Positions 13,725 through 27,049 of a stretch of DNA of 64,000 bases are shown in pieces. Source of the DNA: Octopus vulgaris (lineage: Eukaryota); assembly GCA_951406725.2 (NCBI GenBank), contig OX597821.1:106144001-106208000 (forward strand). The letters run 5' to 3'. The number at the start of each line of letters is the position of its first letter. Position 1 is the stretch's first letter. The position numbers were made by a program, and so were the translations under genes. The notes beneath the pieces are model-generated. The model was not told the origin of the DNA, did no database searches, and saw only the letters and a list, made by a program, of their open reading frames with translations.

Positions 13725-13925
13725 CCTTTCTACTATAGGTACAAAGCCTGAAATTTTGAGGGAAGGGAGGAGTTGATTATATTGACCCCAGTGCGTAACT
13801 GGTACTTTGTTTATCGACCCCGAAAGGATGAAGGGCAAAGTCGACCTTTGCGGAATTTGAACTCAAGGTGGACGAAAAGCCGCTAAGCATTTCGTCCGGC
13901 TAACGATTCTGCTAGCTTGCCACAT
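13300..13925 (-). mobile_element. Three SINE family B copies separated by (TAA)n tracts
   Basis: Reverse complements of the family B core at about 13300-13430, 13452-13655 and 13723-13925. Confidence 0.75.
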
Positions 13926-13968
13926 TAATAATAATAATAATGATAATAATAATAATAATAATAAAAAA

Positions 13969-14020
<52 letters not shown>

Positions 14021-14632
14021 GTAAATATTATTAATTATCAATAAATAGCAGTACATAAATATCATAAATATTAAGGAATAAATAAAAATAGCCTCGTTTG
14101 ATTATGAATAAAGGAAACCGATTGTTTTTTGATTTTGTTATTTTTTTTTTTTTTCTGCCATGTGACGAATGCACTAACACTCTATATCGCACTGGGTTTT
14201 TCTTACGTCTTGAGTTCTCTTGGGAATTGTAAAAGTAGATGTCTCCACCCTTACAACATACGATACTTGGTGTAAGTGGAAGGATTTTCTGACCACACAA
14301 CCTGCTAGAAATAGCAGCAATATCTCCTTCAAATCATATTTCGCTTTTATATTATTAAAAGCAAGAACGCATGGAATGATGTAGTCATTGGTAATTGGGG
14401 ACTAGATGGGGTGGGCATGGATGAAGTACATTTGAACACGAAATAACCTAGTCAGGATTGACCTGCAAATAAAAAATAGGAACAACTGCTGCAACAACCG
14501 AAAGGAACAACATAATCCACAACGCCAACAATAACAAGAGCGTCATCAAAAGAAAGATCACCACCACCAACAACAACAACAACAGCAGCAGCAGCCACAT
14601 TAGCATAACACTGTTCCACAACAACACCGGTG

Positions 14633-14790
14633 GAGTCGCAATGGCCCAGTGGTTAGGGAAGCGGATACGTGGTCGTGAGAACGCGGTTTCGATTGCCAGA
14701 CTAAAACACCCAAATTCCACGAGGCTCCGGGACTGGGGTGAAACCCGCTGTACTCTTTCACCACAACTTTCTCTCACTCTTTCTTCCTAC
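14633..14790 (+). mobile_element. SINE family C, partial
   Basis: gcaatggcccagtggttaggg..gtttcgatt..ctgtactctttcaccacaactttctctcactct. Confidence 0.7.
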
Positions 14791-15620
14791 TTCTGCCACA
14801 AAGCAGAGGAACCATGGTGTAACCCACTATGGTGTGGTAAACTTTCAGACCCTAGTCTAGATTGCGAATCCTCTGTATCCCAGGATGGTTCAGCGCTCCA
14901 CCCGTTAAAAGCAGTCGTTTATGGAATGAGGATAACAACCTAACTTTTGCGCCCGCGCAATCGCCATTCTATCTGGTATGGTGGGTGGATCTTCAAGTTG
15001 CTGCACGCATTCTCAGTAGCTTAGAGTAGCCTCGAATTAGAGATAATTTTTTGTGGCTAATGTCGTGAGTCCTGGTTGTAAGAAGTACAACAATACCGAC
15101 AATAACTACGATTCATCCACCCCCCCGGAATCAATAAAATAAGTGCTATTTGAACACTGGGTTGAAATAATCGACTTACCTCGTCAAATTGCTGGCCTCG
15201 TGTCAAAATTCGAAATTAATATTATAGTGAATAAATAATTAGTGAAAATCAACAGCTCTGTATTAAAGATAATTTCTGGTATACTTATGTGTATATGTTT
15301 TGTGCATGTGATTGTGTGTATGCGTCTGTGTGTGCGAATGTGTATGCGTATATCTATGTGACTGTCATACTTTTTACGACGATGGATTATATTTATAATG
15401 GCAATAATAGACATGACCGCTTGTCTAACGTCTTTAGTTATGTATACGTCGAATGAATAGGGTCTGCATCTCTGTCTCTGTATCTGCGGGAGTATGGTGG
15501 CTACACTGTTGTTTCAATTAAGCATTGTTTGAATAAAGTATTGCTTCTCTTATATATATGTGTGTGTGTATGTGTGTATTTATGCGTGCATGCTCTCAGT
15601 ATTTGCGTGTGCGTACGTGC

Positions 15621-15693
<73 letters not shown>

Positions 15694-17947
15694 TGAGTGT
15701 TAGTTGTGCTTTGCCGACGAGGTATAATTGTATATGAGATCGTTCTTTTGAAACGAGAATCGAAGAAAACTCGTGATGTCGTTTCTGTCAAAAATATACT
15801 CGAGATTGGCCGGGGCAAGCATTGTTAAATAAATAACTTGGAAGATTTGAAATGCAGTCTTTTAATTATTAATCTATCTATCTATGTATTTATTTATTCA
15901 TTTATTTATTTACTTTCTCATTTTCAGTTTAACTCTGAGTGTATAATCTTCACTGTGTTTTACAAACGTTAGCGACTTGCGTCTGTTATACAAAATCCCA
16001 TTTATCTACACAAACTTAATACTACTTATGAAACACAACTTCAGTGAAATACTGTTATTTGCCTTACGTATGTTACAACAGTTAATATTACACTCGCGCC
16101 TGCCTTTACAGATCCTCTCACAGACGCACGCACACACAGGTGTACACACGAATATACTCACACACACAATGACATATACACATACACCAACAAATATTCC
16201 GGCACGTGGGCGTGTTAAATGGTTTCTCGCCTTGGGTAAAAGAAAATACAGGAGGATCAGTTGATCATTATTTTACTCAATGCATTTCCGTCAGATTCAC
16301 ACCACAATTTTCGCAGTGGTCCTTCAGTTTTTCAAAGCCCTGTAAATGTGTATCGTCCTTCGCAATACCTTTCAAAACAGGAACTTGTCAACGCTTCTTC
16401 GTAAATACATATAAATACGCTCACACATATTTATATATGTACATATGCTCACACCAATAAAAATGTTGACGCACACAAACACATACACATTAATAAATAT
16501 AAATACACTTACCGATGTACACACATATGCACAACAATTAACACACTGACACACAAACACACAGTCCTAAATGTATATAAATAAACTAACACATATACAC
16601 AAAATCTCACCAAAAACACACTGACCTGCTCACGAACACAAATTCATATAGACCTACATATAACAATATTCACACATCATACACACACCCATACACATAC
16701 AAAATTTTCTAATGTGTTTTTGGAAATGACTGATAATTTACATAATTAAGTGTTTGTATGCCATTCCTGGTTGCCTTAGTTCCATAAATCTTTTATAAGA
16801 GGCTTTTGGCGTTATTTCTTAAATGTCAGGGAAAAGAAACGGGATATTGTACCGTTTTTGTATTTTACAGAAACACTATCCCAATTTCTTCAAGTAATAT
16901 CGGAATTGCTTTGGAGTTAAAATTCATCCTAAATTTAGCACTTAATCTAAAGCGTTCAGCTCCAGTAAAACTTTCTAAATTAACAACGTTTTGCATAAAT
17001 ATAAATTAGTTAAACCAATCGTTCTGTCGACTCAGCATTTACAACAATATAATTAATAAGTCATTAATGGTTCATTCACTGGTTTACAAAATACATACAT
17101 TTTTATATTCTGAAGGTGTATGTGAAATTACCATGCGATATAGAATATCTAACATTTCAGAATTATTTCTTCGTCAGCATAAAGTTGATAGTAAAAAAGA
17201 ATAAAAGAAAGACAATATGTCATTTATAACTCTCCTGTCAACTTTTCTATGAAGGCGGTCATTGTCCAAGATGTTAGCTAATTCACTCGTCAGGAAAATT
17301 ACCCTATACTCTTTCTGTCACTTATTCCAGATAAATAAATAACTTAGAGACGTAGACGCTCAGCATCCACGTTCCATCAAGTTTCTTTTCTACAATATAC
17401 CCGACACAGTTTCTTTTACCGACGCAGCAACGGTTCTTCTGTATCCATACACCATAATGTCCCCATAAATCTTCAAGGTTAAGTTTATAAGATTTATCCT
17501 ACAGCGTAACATATGGAGTTATTTTCACAACACACTTTTCTAATACAACAAGGATTCTCCGAGCAAATCTAATAATATTTACTCACTGCCTCATTCATCA
17601 CTTATACACACGTTTTCATACTTCAGTTTCTGCAAATAACAAAGCCATCACATGGACAAGCAACATGCATAAAATTGCTACCACATCAACCCCAACCACT
17701 TTACAATTGTTTTTAAAAGCAAAACACATGATGGAAAATTTAGTGCAAGATCCACCTGGGAATAATGGATAAAACTTCACTTATTACCATGTTTCTTTCT
17801 AAGACCTCTGCACTCTAAGTTTTGTTTGTAACTGTGAAATTTCTCCTCGTGCTTTTCCAGAAACTCTGCTCTAAGAGCTGGGTCTTTGGCATTTGGTTGT
17901 TCCCAGAGACTGCTCGTATTAAGTCGACCGTTGTTGCTTGTACATCA

Positions 17948-18030
17948 GACATCTGAAGAGGCTATAAGGTAATACAGAATCACTGAAATATTAATGTATG
18001 CAATGTTATAGCAGAAACAGATGTAAGCTA
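17948..18030 (+). ncRNA. Degenerate hammerhead ribozyme motif
   Basis: CTGAAGA-g-GCTATAA..TTATAGC-a-GAAAC-agat-GTA; stem I pairs poorly. Confidence 0.35.
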
Positions 18031-18121
18031 ATGAAATTCATGGTAAAATTTTTTATTCTCTTTCTCTCTCTCACCCGCACACACACATGCATGCATACAT
18101 AAATACATACATACAGGCATA

Positions 18122-18360
18122 TACTCTTTACTCTCTTTTATTCATTTACTTGTTTCAGTCATTTCAGTCATTTCCATGCTCGAGCACCGCCTTTAGTCAA
18201 AGAAATCGACCCCAGGACTTATATTTTTACAAGCCTTGCACTTATTCTATCGGTCTCTTTTGCCGAACCGCTAGGTGACGGGGACGTAAACACACCAACA
18301 CTGGTTGTCAAGCGATGTTGGTAGGGAGACAAACACAGACATACAAACATATACACACAC
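18122..18360 (-). mobile_element. SINE family A, 3' half
   Basis: Matches 372-600. Confidence 0.8.
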
Positions 18361-18386
18361 ATACACGCACGCACACACACACACAT

Positions 18387-18468
<82 letters not shown>

Positions 18469-18500
18469 TTTATTTTAAGCAGCAGAAAATTCAACAAAAT

Positions 18501-18538
18501 CTGTTACTCTGAGTTTCTCGTTGCCGTTCATCAGACAG
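18501..18538 (-). ncRNA. Minimal type-I hammerhead ribozyme motif (38 nt)
   Basis: Minus strand: ctgt-CTGATGA-a-CG-gcaa-CG-a-GAAACTC-a-GAGTA^acag. Stem I ctgt/acag, GNRA loop II, stem III ACTC/GAGT. Confidence 0.65.
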
Positions 18539-19584
18539 TTTTTGCTAGAATGGAACATATATTAATTCAATCTATACTCTTACAAACGCTACACCTTTAA
18601 AAAGAAATGGACTTGTTTGATTGGCCCTTTAGAAAAAACGGTCAATCTTCGAGCGATAAACAAAAAGGTCAAAAATATATGTATATATATATAAAAAAAC
18701 TTATAAAAATTATAAAATCCGAGGAAAAAACCGAGGAAAAAACCTATTGCCGTTAATGAAGACAGTACAAATTAATGCATAGAAATTAAACCTGTTATAA
18801 ATACTGCAATACATATTTATATTAAAATCCACATATATATATCAACATACACAAAAGGATGCGCGTAAACGCCATACATACATATACAGACGTATGAATA
18901 TGAATCTAAATTATACACATAAAAGCATGTGTACATATATTCACGCAAACCGTCTCGCACGCAAGCTAAAATTCATCTATGTAGCAATTCTCATATACTG
19001 AGCAAGGAGGGGGAACGAAAGAAAGGGAAAGAGAGAAAAAGGAACGAAGGAGGGGTGGGGAAAAAAACTTGTAGCGATATTATTGGCATCTATAGAGGCC
19101 AGTATACATACACAAGTTTGAATTGATACATATACATACCGTCGTGTGTATGCGAGCTTAAGCACAAGCATACTTTCACTTACACATACACAGATACGCA
19201 TGCTTACAAATACATATGCTTTGCTATACACAAACTTATATAAACATTCTAAATTTGACAACATTGCTTTTTTTAAAAAAAACATTGCTTTTAAAAAATG
19301 GGTGCATTAATAAAAATATATACGAAAAACATATAAAATAAAATATAACATCCTATTTTGGGTCATTTATAAATAATCAAGGTAATATAAATAATCAAGG
19401 TAATCTTATGCAATACAATAACATGAAAACAAAGTTTGTAGGTTTTTCCTAATATATATGTAGAAACAATAAGACTTTGCTATAGGTCCGTCGTAGCGCT
19501 CAAGAGTCAAAATCAAAATCAAAAAATCAAAATACAAAATATATATATATATATATGTATGTATGTATGTATGTACATATACAT

Positions 19585-19727
19585 ATATACGACGGGCTTC
19601 TTTCAGTTTCCGTCTACCAAATCCACTCATAAGTCTTTTGTCGGCCCGAAGCTATAGTAGAAGGCACTTGCCCATGGTGCCACACAGTGGGACTGAACCT
19701 GGAACCATGTAAGCCACTCCTACGCCT
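19585..19727 (-). mobile_element. SINE family A, 5' half
   Basis: cgacgggcttctttcagtttccgtctacc..gccactcctacgcct. Confidence 0.75.
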
Positions 19728-21079
19728 GTATATATGCACATGCACGTATATGTGTATATATTAATCGAAGTGTAGAGAAGTATATATCCATTAGAGTTGA
19801 TTTTACCAATCAGTTTCGCACTAGGGGTTCAGCTGAGTGTTAGGTAAAAGTCGGATTATGTAACCCTGCGCTCAGCATGTGTAGCCGTTACGAAATGAAA
19901 TATAGCGACTGCTCCCTATTGTTGGAGGAGCATAGAAACATCCGGTTTGTGGTTGTTATAAAAAAAAGATGATGAAACGAATCGAGCAGAGGGCAGTGAG
20001 TATTTGTGTGTGTGTGTGTGGAGATGTATCTATAACATGCACTAAAGCAGGATATGATATCTGAACTAAAATGACACTTTAGTTCTAAGCATCGCCTAAC
20101 TTTATTATGGTAACGTCATATACGCAGTAATATAAGTATTATAGATACATGCAAACATATATATGCTGTAATATGTGTATGTTTGTGAATAAATATTCAA
20201 TTGGAAGAACATGGCCTATAGTTGGTGCTTTACAGTACCGTCAACATCCGTGGTCGAGGGATAAACACGGGTTAAACGATTTATCTCTTAAATACTCGGG
20301 AGTATTATGTGTTATGCTAATTAAAAAAAAAACCGCTACTAGTTTTAACATGCTAATAACAAGCCATTAGGGTTACATATCCTACATTTAATTCCACATA
20401 CTCAACAAAAATGAAACCTCGAAGGTGACAATTCAGATACTAGAAATTGCACAGCAGTTTCTGGGAAAACTCATCATAGTACATAACTAAAACTCTGATA
20501 TATTCAATATCGTATTTATGTACTAGTATTAGAATAATTAAAAGGCTGGTCAAATTCAGTGGTTCTTTTCTCAAAGATATTTATCAGGGACATTATATTT
20601 AGAATGGAAACAACAGTTCAAACATCATGATCAACAACTAATATAATGACAAGTAGAAAAAATATGTAACAAATTCAAGAACTTCCAGTAAATAAATTCA
20701 TAAACCCATGCACTTTAGTAAATTGCCTTTCTGACACTTTCTTGGCAAGAATTTTCATTTATCACTTGGTAATCTCGAATATTTGACAAGCCATTACACT
20801 GCCAGTAACAACAAACACAGGAAGACAGATATGCAAAAGCATTGCCCTGTGATGGACATAAACAACGATGAGGTTTAACATTTCTTAATCAGCCTAAATA
20901 CTGGCCTAAGAAATACACACACACACACGCGCGCACACAGAGAGACAGGCACACACACAAACACACTCACGCACACACTAAGATGCACACACATACACAA
21001 ATTCACTCACTAGTAATTGCACATACTACAAAGCGTACTTCATTTTCATCTAGACAATATTCCTTACTACTCAGATGAT

Positions 21080-21117
<38 letters not shown>

Positions 21118-21259
21118 ATATATATATAATATATACATACATACAAACATATATATATATATGTATATATATATATGTAAGTACATATATATATACACAC
21201 ATACATATGTACATATACACACACACACACATATATATATATATATGTACATATATATA

Positions 21260-21296
<37 letters not shown>

Positions 21297-21347
21297 AACA
21301 TATATATGTGTCTGTGTGTGTGTTTGTGTAGGGAGTAAATATTCAAG

Positions 21348-21605
21348 TGGAAGAACATGGCCTAGTGCATGGTTACAGTATCGAACTCGCGGTCGAGGGA
21401 TCACGGGTTCGAATCTCAGACCGGGTGATGTATGTGTTTATGAGGGAAACACTTAAGCTTCATGCGGCTCCTGCAGAAGGTAATGGCGAACTTCTTCTGA
21501 CTCATTCGCCACAACATTCTCTTGTTGCATTTAGCAGCTCACCTGCGGCGGGCAGGCGTCCCGCCCAGATGAGAAACCTCTACGCCACAGAAACCATATA
21601 ACCGG
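21348..21605 (+). mobile_element. SINE family C variant
   Basis: Homologous to the reverse complement of 12497-12790. Confidence 0.7.
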
Positions 21606-22437
21606 ATAACCTCTACTCTGCACGCCACCCCACCCCACACACACACATACACCGAACAAACATTATTATTTGTGATGATGATATGTAAAGTGATGAGATG
21701 TATATAATGAATTAATATTCTGCATCAGTTATATTTCTTAGGTAACGAAAAACATTAGTGTTTTAGATGTAAACATAAACTTTATTAAATGGGCCGCAAT
21801 TTATATATTTCATCACGAAATTATGCATCATATAAAGACGAAATATGTTGCTTCCTTGATTTAATATTATCTATTAAGTGCTCCACAATATTTGCAGGCA
21901 ATAGTAACATAGACAACAATGCATTTATATTTTACTTCTGAGATATACTACGCTACCGATGTAGAGTTTAGAAACGCATAATTGATATGTTATAGCATCG
22001 TAGTTATCGCTTATAAGCACACTAACAAAGAAAATAAGAGCAACTACAGAGCGACGCCACAGGATGCCAAATTAGTGGACCAAATTTTGAATATTGCTAA
22101 TAAATTAACGGAAGTGTACTACAGCGTTAATGGCTAGCCATGATTTTAATTTGATTAAATAACTTTCGAAGTAAGTGGATGCTGAGTCTTAGCTTGTAAT
22201 GATGCGATTAGTATTTATACGAGTAATTACTATGAGCGATATCATAATTTGAGCTTCTTTTTCACTGACTCAATTAATTTGATTGTTAAAAGGATATCAA
22301 GGACGTGCATGTGTGTATGTATGTATGTATGTATGTATGTATGTATGTATGTATGCACATACATACATATATATATATATATATACATCTATCAGTATAT
22401 CTGTCTGTTTGTCTTTCTCTCTCTCTGTGTATCTCTG

Positions 22438-22505
<68 letters not shown>

Positions 22506-22556
22506 TGTGTATGTATATGTGTGTGTGTGTGTGTATGTCTGTGTGTCTGTACTCAG

Positions 22557-22725
22557 AGGCGCAGGAGTGTCTGTGGGGCAAGCAGCTTGCTTACCAACAA
22601 CAGCGTTCCTAATACCGTCCCACTGCGTGGCGCCTTGGACAGGTATCTTCTAGTATTACCTCGGGCTGACCAAAGCCTTGTGAGAGGATACGGTAGACGG
22701 AAACTAAAAGAAGCCCATCGTGTAT
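22557..22725 (+). mobile_element. SINE family A, 5' half (diverged)
   Basis: aggcgcaggagtgtctgtgg..gacggaaactaaaagaagcccatcg. Confidence 0.7.
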
Positions 22726-22784
22726 ACAAATACGGAGCAAATAGTTTTGTTCGCCCCCGTGTGTATACGTTTAACCTTAGGTGA

Positions 22785-22858
22785 TCCTGCTGAAGAAGAT
22801 TGCACCTGGCGAGTTCCTTGACTCGCTAAACTAAAATCAGAAACCAATTGGTCCAGGA
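22785..22858 (+). ncRNA. Type-I hammerhead ribozyme motif
   Basis: tcctg-CTGAAGA-a-GATT..AATC-a-GAAAC-caattg-GTC^cagga. Perfect stem I, palindromic stem III ACCAATTGGT, GUC triplet, extra hairpin gcgagt/actcgc in loop II. Confidence 0.7.
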
Positions 22859-23486
22859 AATTAGATGGTAAAATGTTTTGTATTTTTCATTTCATTCCTG
22901 TCGAATTTTTTCCCTAACTTTTGTGGTTATAGAACCTAGCTGTTCTTTCTAGCTTGTTGAATTCTTATAAGTGGATTCTTCATGTGTTTAAATATACACT
23001 ATATCGTATAACTATTATATATATATATATCTGCATACATTATAATATACATACATATGTTTGTGCATGTGCACGTGCGTGCGTGTGTAACAATTGCACC
23101 ATGGAAAAGACATATTAGGAATGCAATATGACGCAAAAACTTTAACAAAACATTTATAATTTCATGTTAAATAGACTTTTTAGAATAAATATGATGTGTA
23201 GAACTCAATTCAGAAGGATATATTCTTTTTGAACCGTATTAATCGACGTAATGTGACAAACGTGACTCAGTTCGGAATTTGGTTTGTGATCCATCAAATA
23301 ACACCAGTAGAATAATTCCAGACGTCGACGAAGAATGACTTACGTACTTGATATGATTTGTTCGACTGAAATGTTACAGGGTGTGCACCAGCATGACTGC
23401 AGTTTAATGACTAAAGTAAGTAAAATTTAGATGTATACCATTTACGAACTAATACTCATCATTTTGTTGTTAATTTCCTTTTCGCT

Positions 23487-24345
23487 AAGGCGGCGAGCTG
23501 GCAGAAACGTTAGCACGCCGGGTGAAATGTTTAGCGATATTTCGTCTACTGCTACGTTCTGAGTTCAAATTCCGCCGAGGTCGACTTTGCCTTTCATCCT
23601 TTTGGGGTTGATTAAATAAGTACCAGTTACGCACTGGGGTTGATATAATGGACTTAATCCGTTTGTCTGTCCTTGTTTGTCCTCTCTGTGTTTAGCCCCT
23701 TATGCGTAGTAAGGAAATAGGTATTTCTTCTGTCTTTACGTTCTGAGTTCAAATTTCGCCGAGATCGACTTTGCTTTTCATCCTTTCGGGGTCGATAAAT
23801 TAAGTACCAGTTACGCATTGGAGTCGATGTAATCAACTTAATCCGTTTGTCTGTCCTTGTTTGTTCCCTCTATGTTTAGCCACTTGTGGGCAATAAAGAT
23901 ATAAGAAATGTTAGCTCGCTGAGTGAAATGTTTGGCGCTATTTCGTCTGTCTTTAAGGCAGCGAGCTGGTAGAATCGTTAGCGCGCCGGGCGAAATGCGT
24001 AGCCGTATTTCGTCTGCCGCTACGTTCTGAGCTCAAATTCCGCCGAGGTCGACTTTACCTTTCATCCTTTCGGGGTCGATTAAATAAATACCATTTACGC
24101 ACTGGGGTCGATATAATCGACTTAATCCGTGTGTCTGTCCTTGTTCGTCCCCTCTGTGTTTAGCCCCTTGTAGATAGTAAAGAAATAGGTATTTCGACTG
24201 TCTTTACGTTCTGAGTTCAAATTACGCCGAGGTCGACTTTGGCTTTCATCCTTTCAGGGTCGATAAATTAAGTACCAGTTGTATACTGAGGTCGATCTAA
24301 TCGACTTCCCCCTCCCCCAAAGTTTCGGGCCTTGTGCCTAGAGTT
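23487..24345 (+). mobile_element. Head-to-tail chain of four SINE family B units
   Basis: Heads aaggcggcgagctggcagaaacgttagc at 23487 and 23955; headless units start near 23720 and 24190. Confidence 0.9.
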
Positions 24346-25131
24346 TAAAATAATTTTCTTTTTCCTCACACTAATATATAAATAGATTCATAGTAAGAAT
24401 ATATATTAGAAAACAACATAAGTTAAATTCAACAAATGTTAAACAAATGTCATTTGTGTTTAACGAATATTTTAAAGCAAAAGCAAAAGGGATAAGCTTG
24501 AAGACAGTGAGTCACTGTTATATACGAATCGAAAGATCAGACTAGATTCACACATAAAGTTCCTATGTATACATAAACAGTAGATTTATTTAGTTACATC
24601 AAGGAGAACAATCTATGGAATATTTTGGTTTGAGGTAATAAGGATTAATACGCTGAGTGAATACTGTAGAGATATTCTTACGTGGTCTATGATATGATGT
24701 GTTGTCGGAATATATATCTTTCCTTATACAAGCCACCCACACTTTGTCTCGCCTGTCTGGTCTGGCAATACAATTCATTCAGTCATTCATAGATACGTAG
24801 GTACGTAGGTACTTAAAATTACAAACCATCCTTTGTCGTTTGTCTTGAGTAAAAGTACCATGTCAAGTGTATGCATACATTTTTATTCTATCTCGCATAT
24901 CAATTCTATACCCAATTTGTTTCAAGCATCATTCAAAAAATATGTATATGTACAATCCTATGTTTTCTGAGATGGGAAATTTATATGGTATTATGTTCTA
25001 GCATTCCCGTATCGTCAAAAATGGAACAGATTTTATTTATAATAGAAAACGTTACATCTACATAATGGGGTAAACCATTAATAAAAGTCTACAAGCAAGT
25101 AAATATATGTACATACACAGACTTGATTTAT

Positions 25132-25534
25132 AGGCGCAGGAGTGGCTGTGTGGTTAGTAGCTTGCTTACCAACCACATGGTCCTGGTTTCAGTCCCGCTG
25201 CGTGGCACCTTGGGCACGTGCCTTCTACTATAGCCTCGGGCCGACCAAAGACTTGTGAGTGGATCTGGTACGCGGAAACTGGAAGACGCCCGTCGTGTAT
25301 GTATATAAATATGTGACTGTGTGTGTGTGTGTGTGTATATTTTTTGTGTGTCTGTGTTTGTCCCCCAAAATCACTTGACAACCTATGCTGGAGTGTTTAT
25401 GTCCCCATCACTTAGCTGTTCGGAAAGAGACCGATAGAATAAGTACTAGTCGATTTGTTCGATTAAAGGCGGTATTCCAGCGTGGCCGCGGTCAAATGAC
25501 TAAAACAAGTAAAAGGATAAAAGAATAAAAGAAT
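25132..25534 (+). mobile_element. SINE family A, full length
   Basis: aggcgcaggagtggctgtgtgg..gtcaaatgactaaaacaagtaaaaggataaaagaat. Confidence 0.85.
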
Positions 25535-25664
25535 AATGAATCTATGTCTATACAGCCGCACACTCACACACATTCGCACGAACACTTACACACACACAAG
25601 CACACATATGTACATATACATACATATATATATATATATGTATACATATGTATGCACACGTGTG

Positions 25665-25748
<84 letters not shown>

Positions 25749-25975
25749 GAAATGAGGTACTCAGAAATTCGGATGGTTTTATATTTACAGATATTTATTT
25801 GTATATTACATGTTTTCGTCCATTGTAGTGGAGTTTTCAATTTGAAAACTCGGGCAAGTGTCTTCTACTATAGCCTCGGAGGCTATAGTAGAAGACACTT
25901 GCCCAAGGTGCTACGTAGTGGGACTGAACCCGCAACCATGCGGTTCGTAAGCAAGCTACTTACCACACAGTCACT

Positions 25976-26344
25976 CTTACTCTTTACTCTTTTACTCTTT
26001 CACTTGTTTCATTCATTTGAGTGCGGCCATGGTGGAGCACCACCTTTATTCGAGCAAATCGACCCCGGGACTTATTCTGTGTAAGCCCAGGGGCGTAAAC
26101 ACACCAGCATCGGTTGTCAAGCAATGCTAGAGGGACAAACACAGACACACACATACATATATATATATATATACATATATACGACAGGCTTCTTTCAGTT
26201 TCCGTCTACCAAATCCACTCACAAGGCTTTGGTCGGCCGAGGCTATAGCAGAAGACACTTGCCCAAGATGCCACGCAGTGGGACTGAACCCGGAACCATG
26301 TGGTTGGTTAGCAGGCTACTTACCACGCAGCCACTCCTGCGCCT
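25976..26344 (-). mobile_element. SINE family A, near full length
   Basis: Homologous to 372-818, with a small internal deletion. Confidence 0.85.
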
Positions 26345-26405
26345 ACATTTAATAGAAATAAACATCAAAATTTTTATCGTAAATTATATTTTCATTTCAT
26401 CAGTA

Positions 26406-26447
<42 letters not shown>

Positions 26448-26518
26448 CCACTATCTCTGTCTCACTCTCCTCTCTCTCTATAATTATGTATATCTTTCTC
26501 TATCTCTCTCTATATATG

Positions 26519-26566
<48 letters not shown>

Positions 26567-26866
26567 CATATAGAGAGAGATGGAGAAAGATATATATAAT
26601 TATAGAGAGAGAGGAGAGATGTAAGCATTGGCAAAAACATACATTTAGTGCAAATAAGTAGTCTCTATCATTATATATAATCTAAACTTTAATTTCCTTT
26701 ATATTTAACATTCACTATTGGTATCCCTACTCTTTCTGTTAGCTACTTATGACGTTATATCATATAACGTTTTTTTTTAAACAATATTAATAGCGTTCTG
26801 TTTATCACTATACAAATACATCATTTTTTGCTAAAATGTCTTATTGATAAGTTTCGCTCTTTTCAA

Positions 26867-26948
26867 TTTCCTGAGGAGAAGATTGCATTGTTTATACCAT
26901 TTATTCTTTTGAATAGTATCAGTGGAATTTTCGAAACATGTGTCGAAA
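26867..26948 (+). ncRNA. Type-I hammerhead ribozyme motif (same family as 35713-36004)
   Basis: tttc-CTGAGGA-GAAGAT..ATTTTC-GAAAC-atgt-GTC^gaaa. Confidence 0.6.
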
Positions 26949-26991
26949 GTAAAAATATTTGATTACACCTGCGTAAAACTCCATTTATTTA

Positions 26992-27045
<54 letters not shown>

Positions 27046-27049
<4 letters not shown>

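Noticed and set aside
17140-17182. Minus-strand CTGACGA-agaa-ataa-ttct-GAAAT hammerhead-like match
   Set aside because: No convincing stem I or stem III; probably chance in AT-rich DNA.
23487-24345. CRISPR-like or tRNA gene array
   Set aside because: The units are long SINE bodies with no unique spacers and no complete cloverleaf, in a eukaryotic context.
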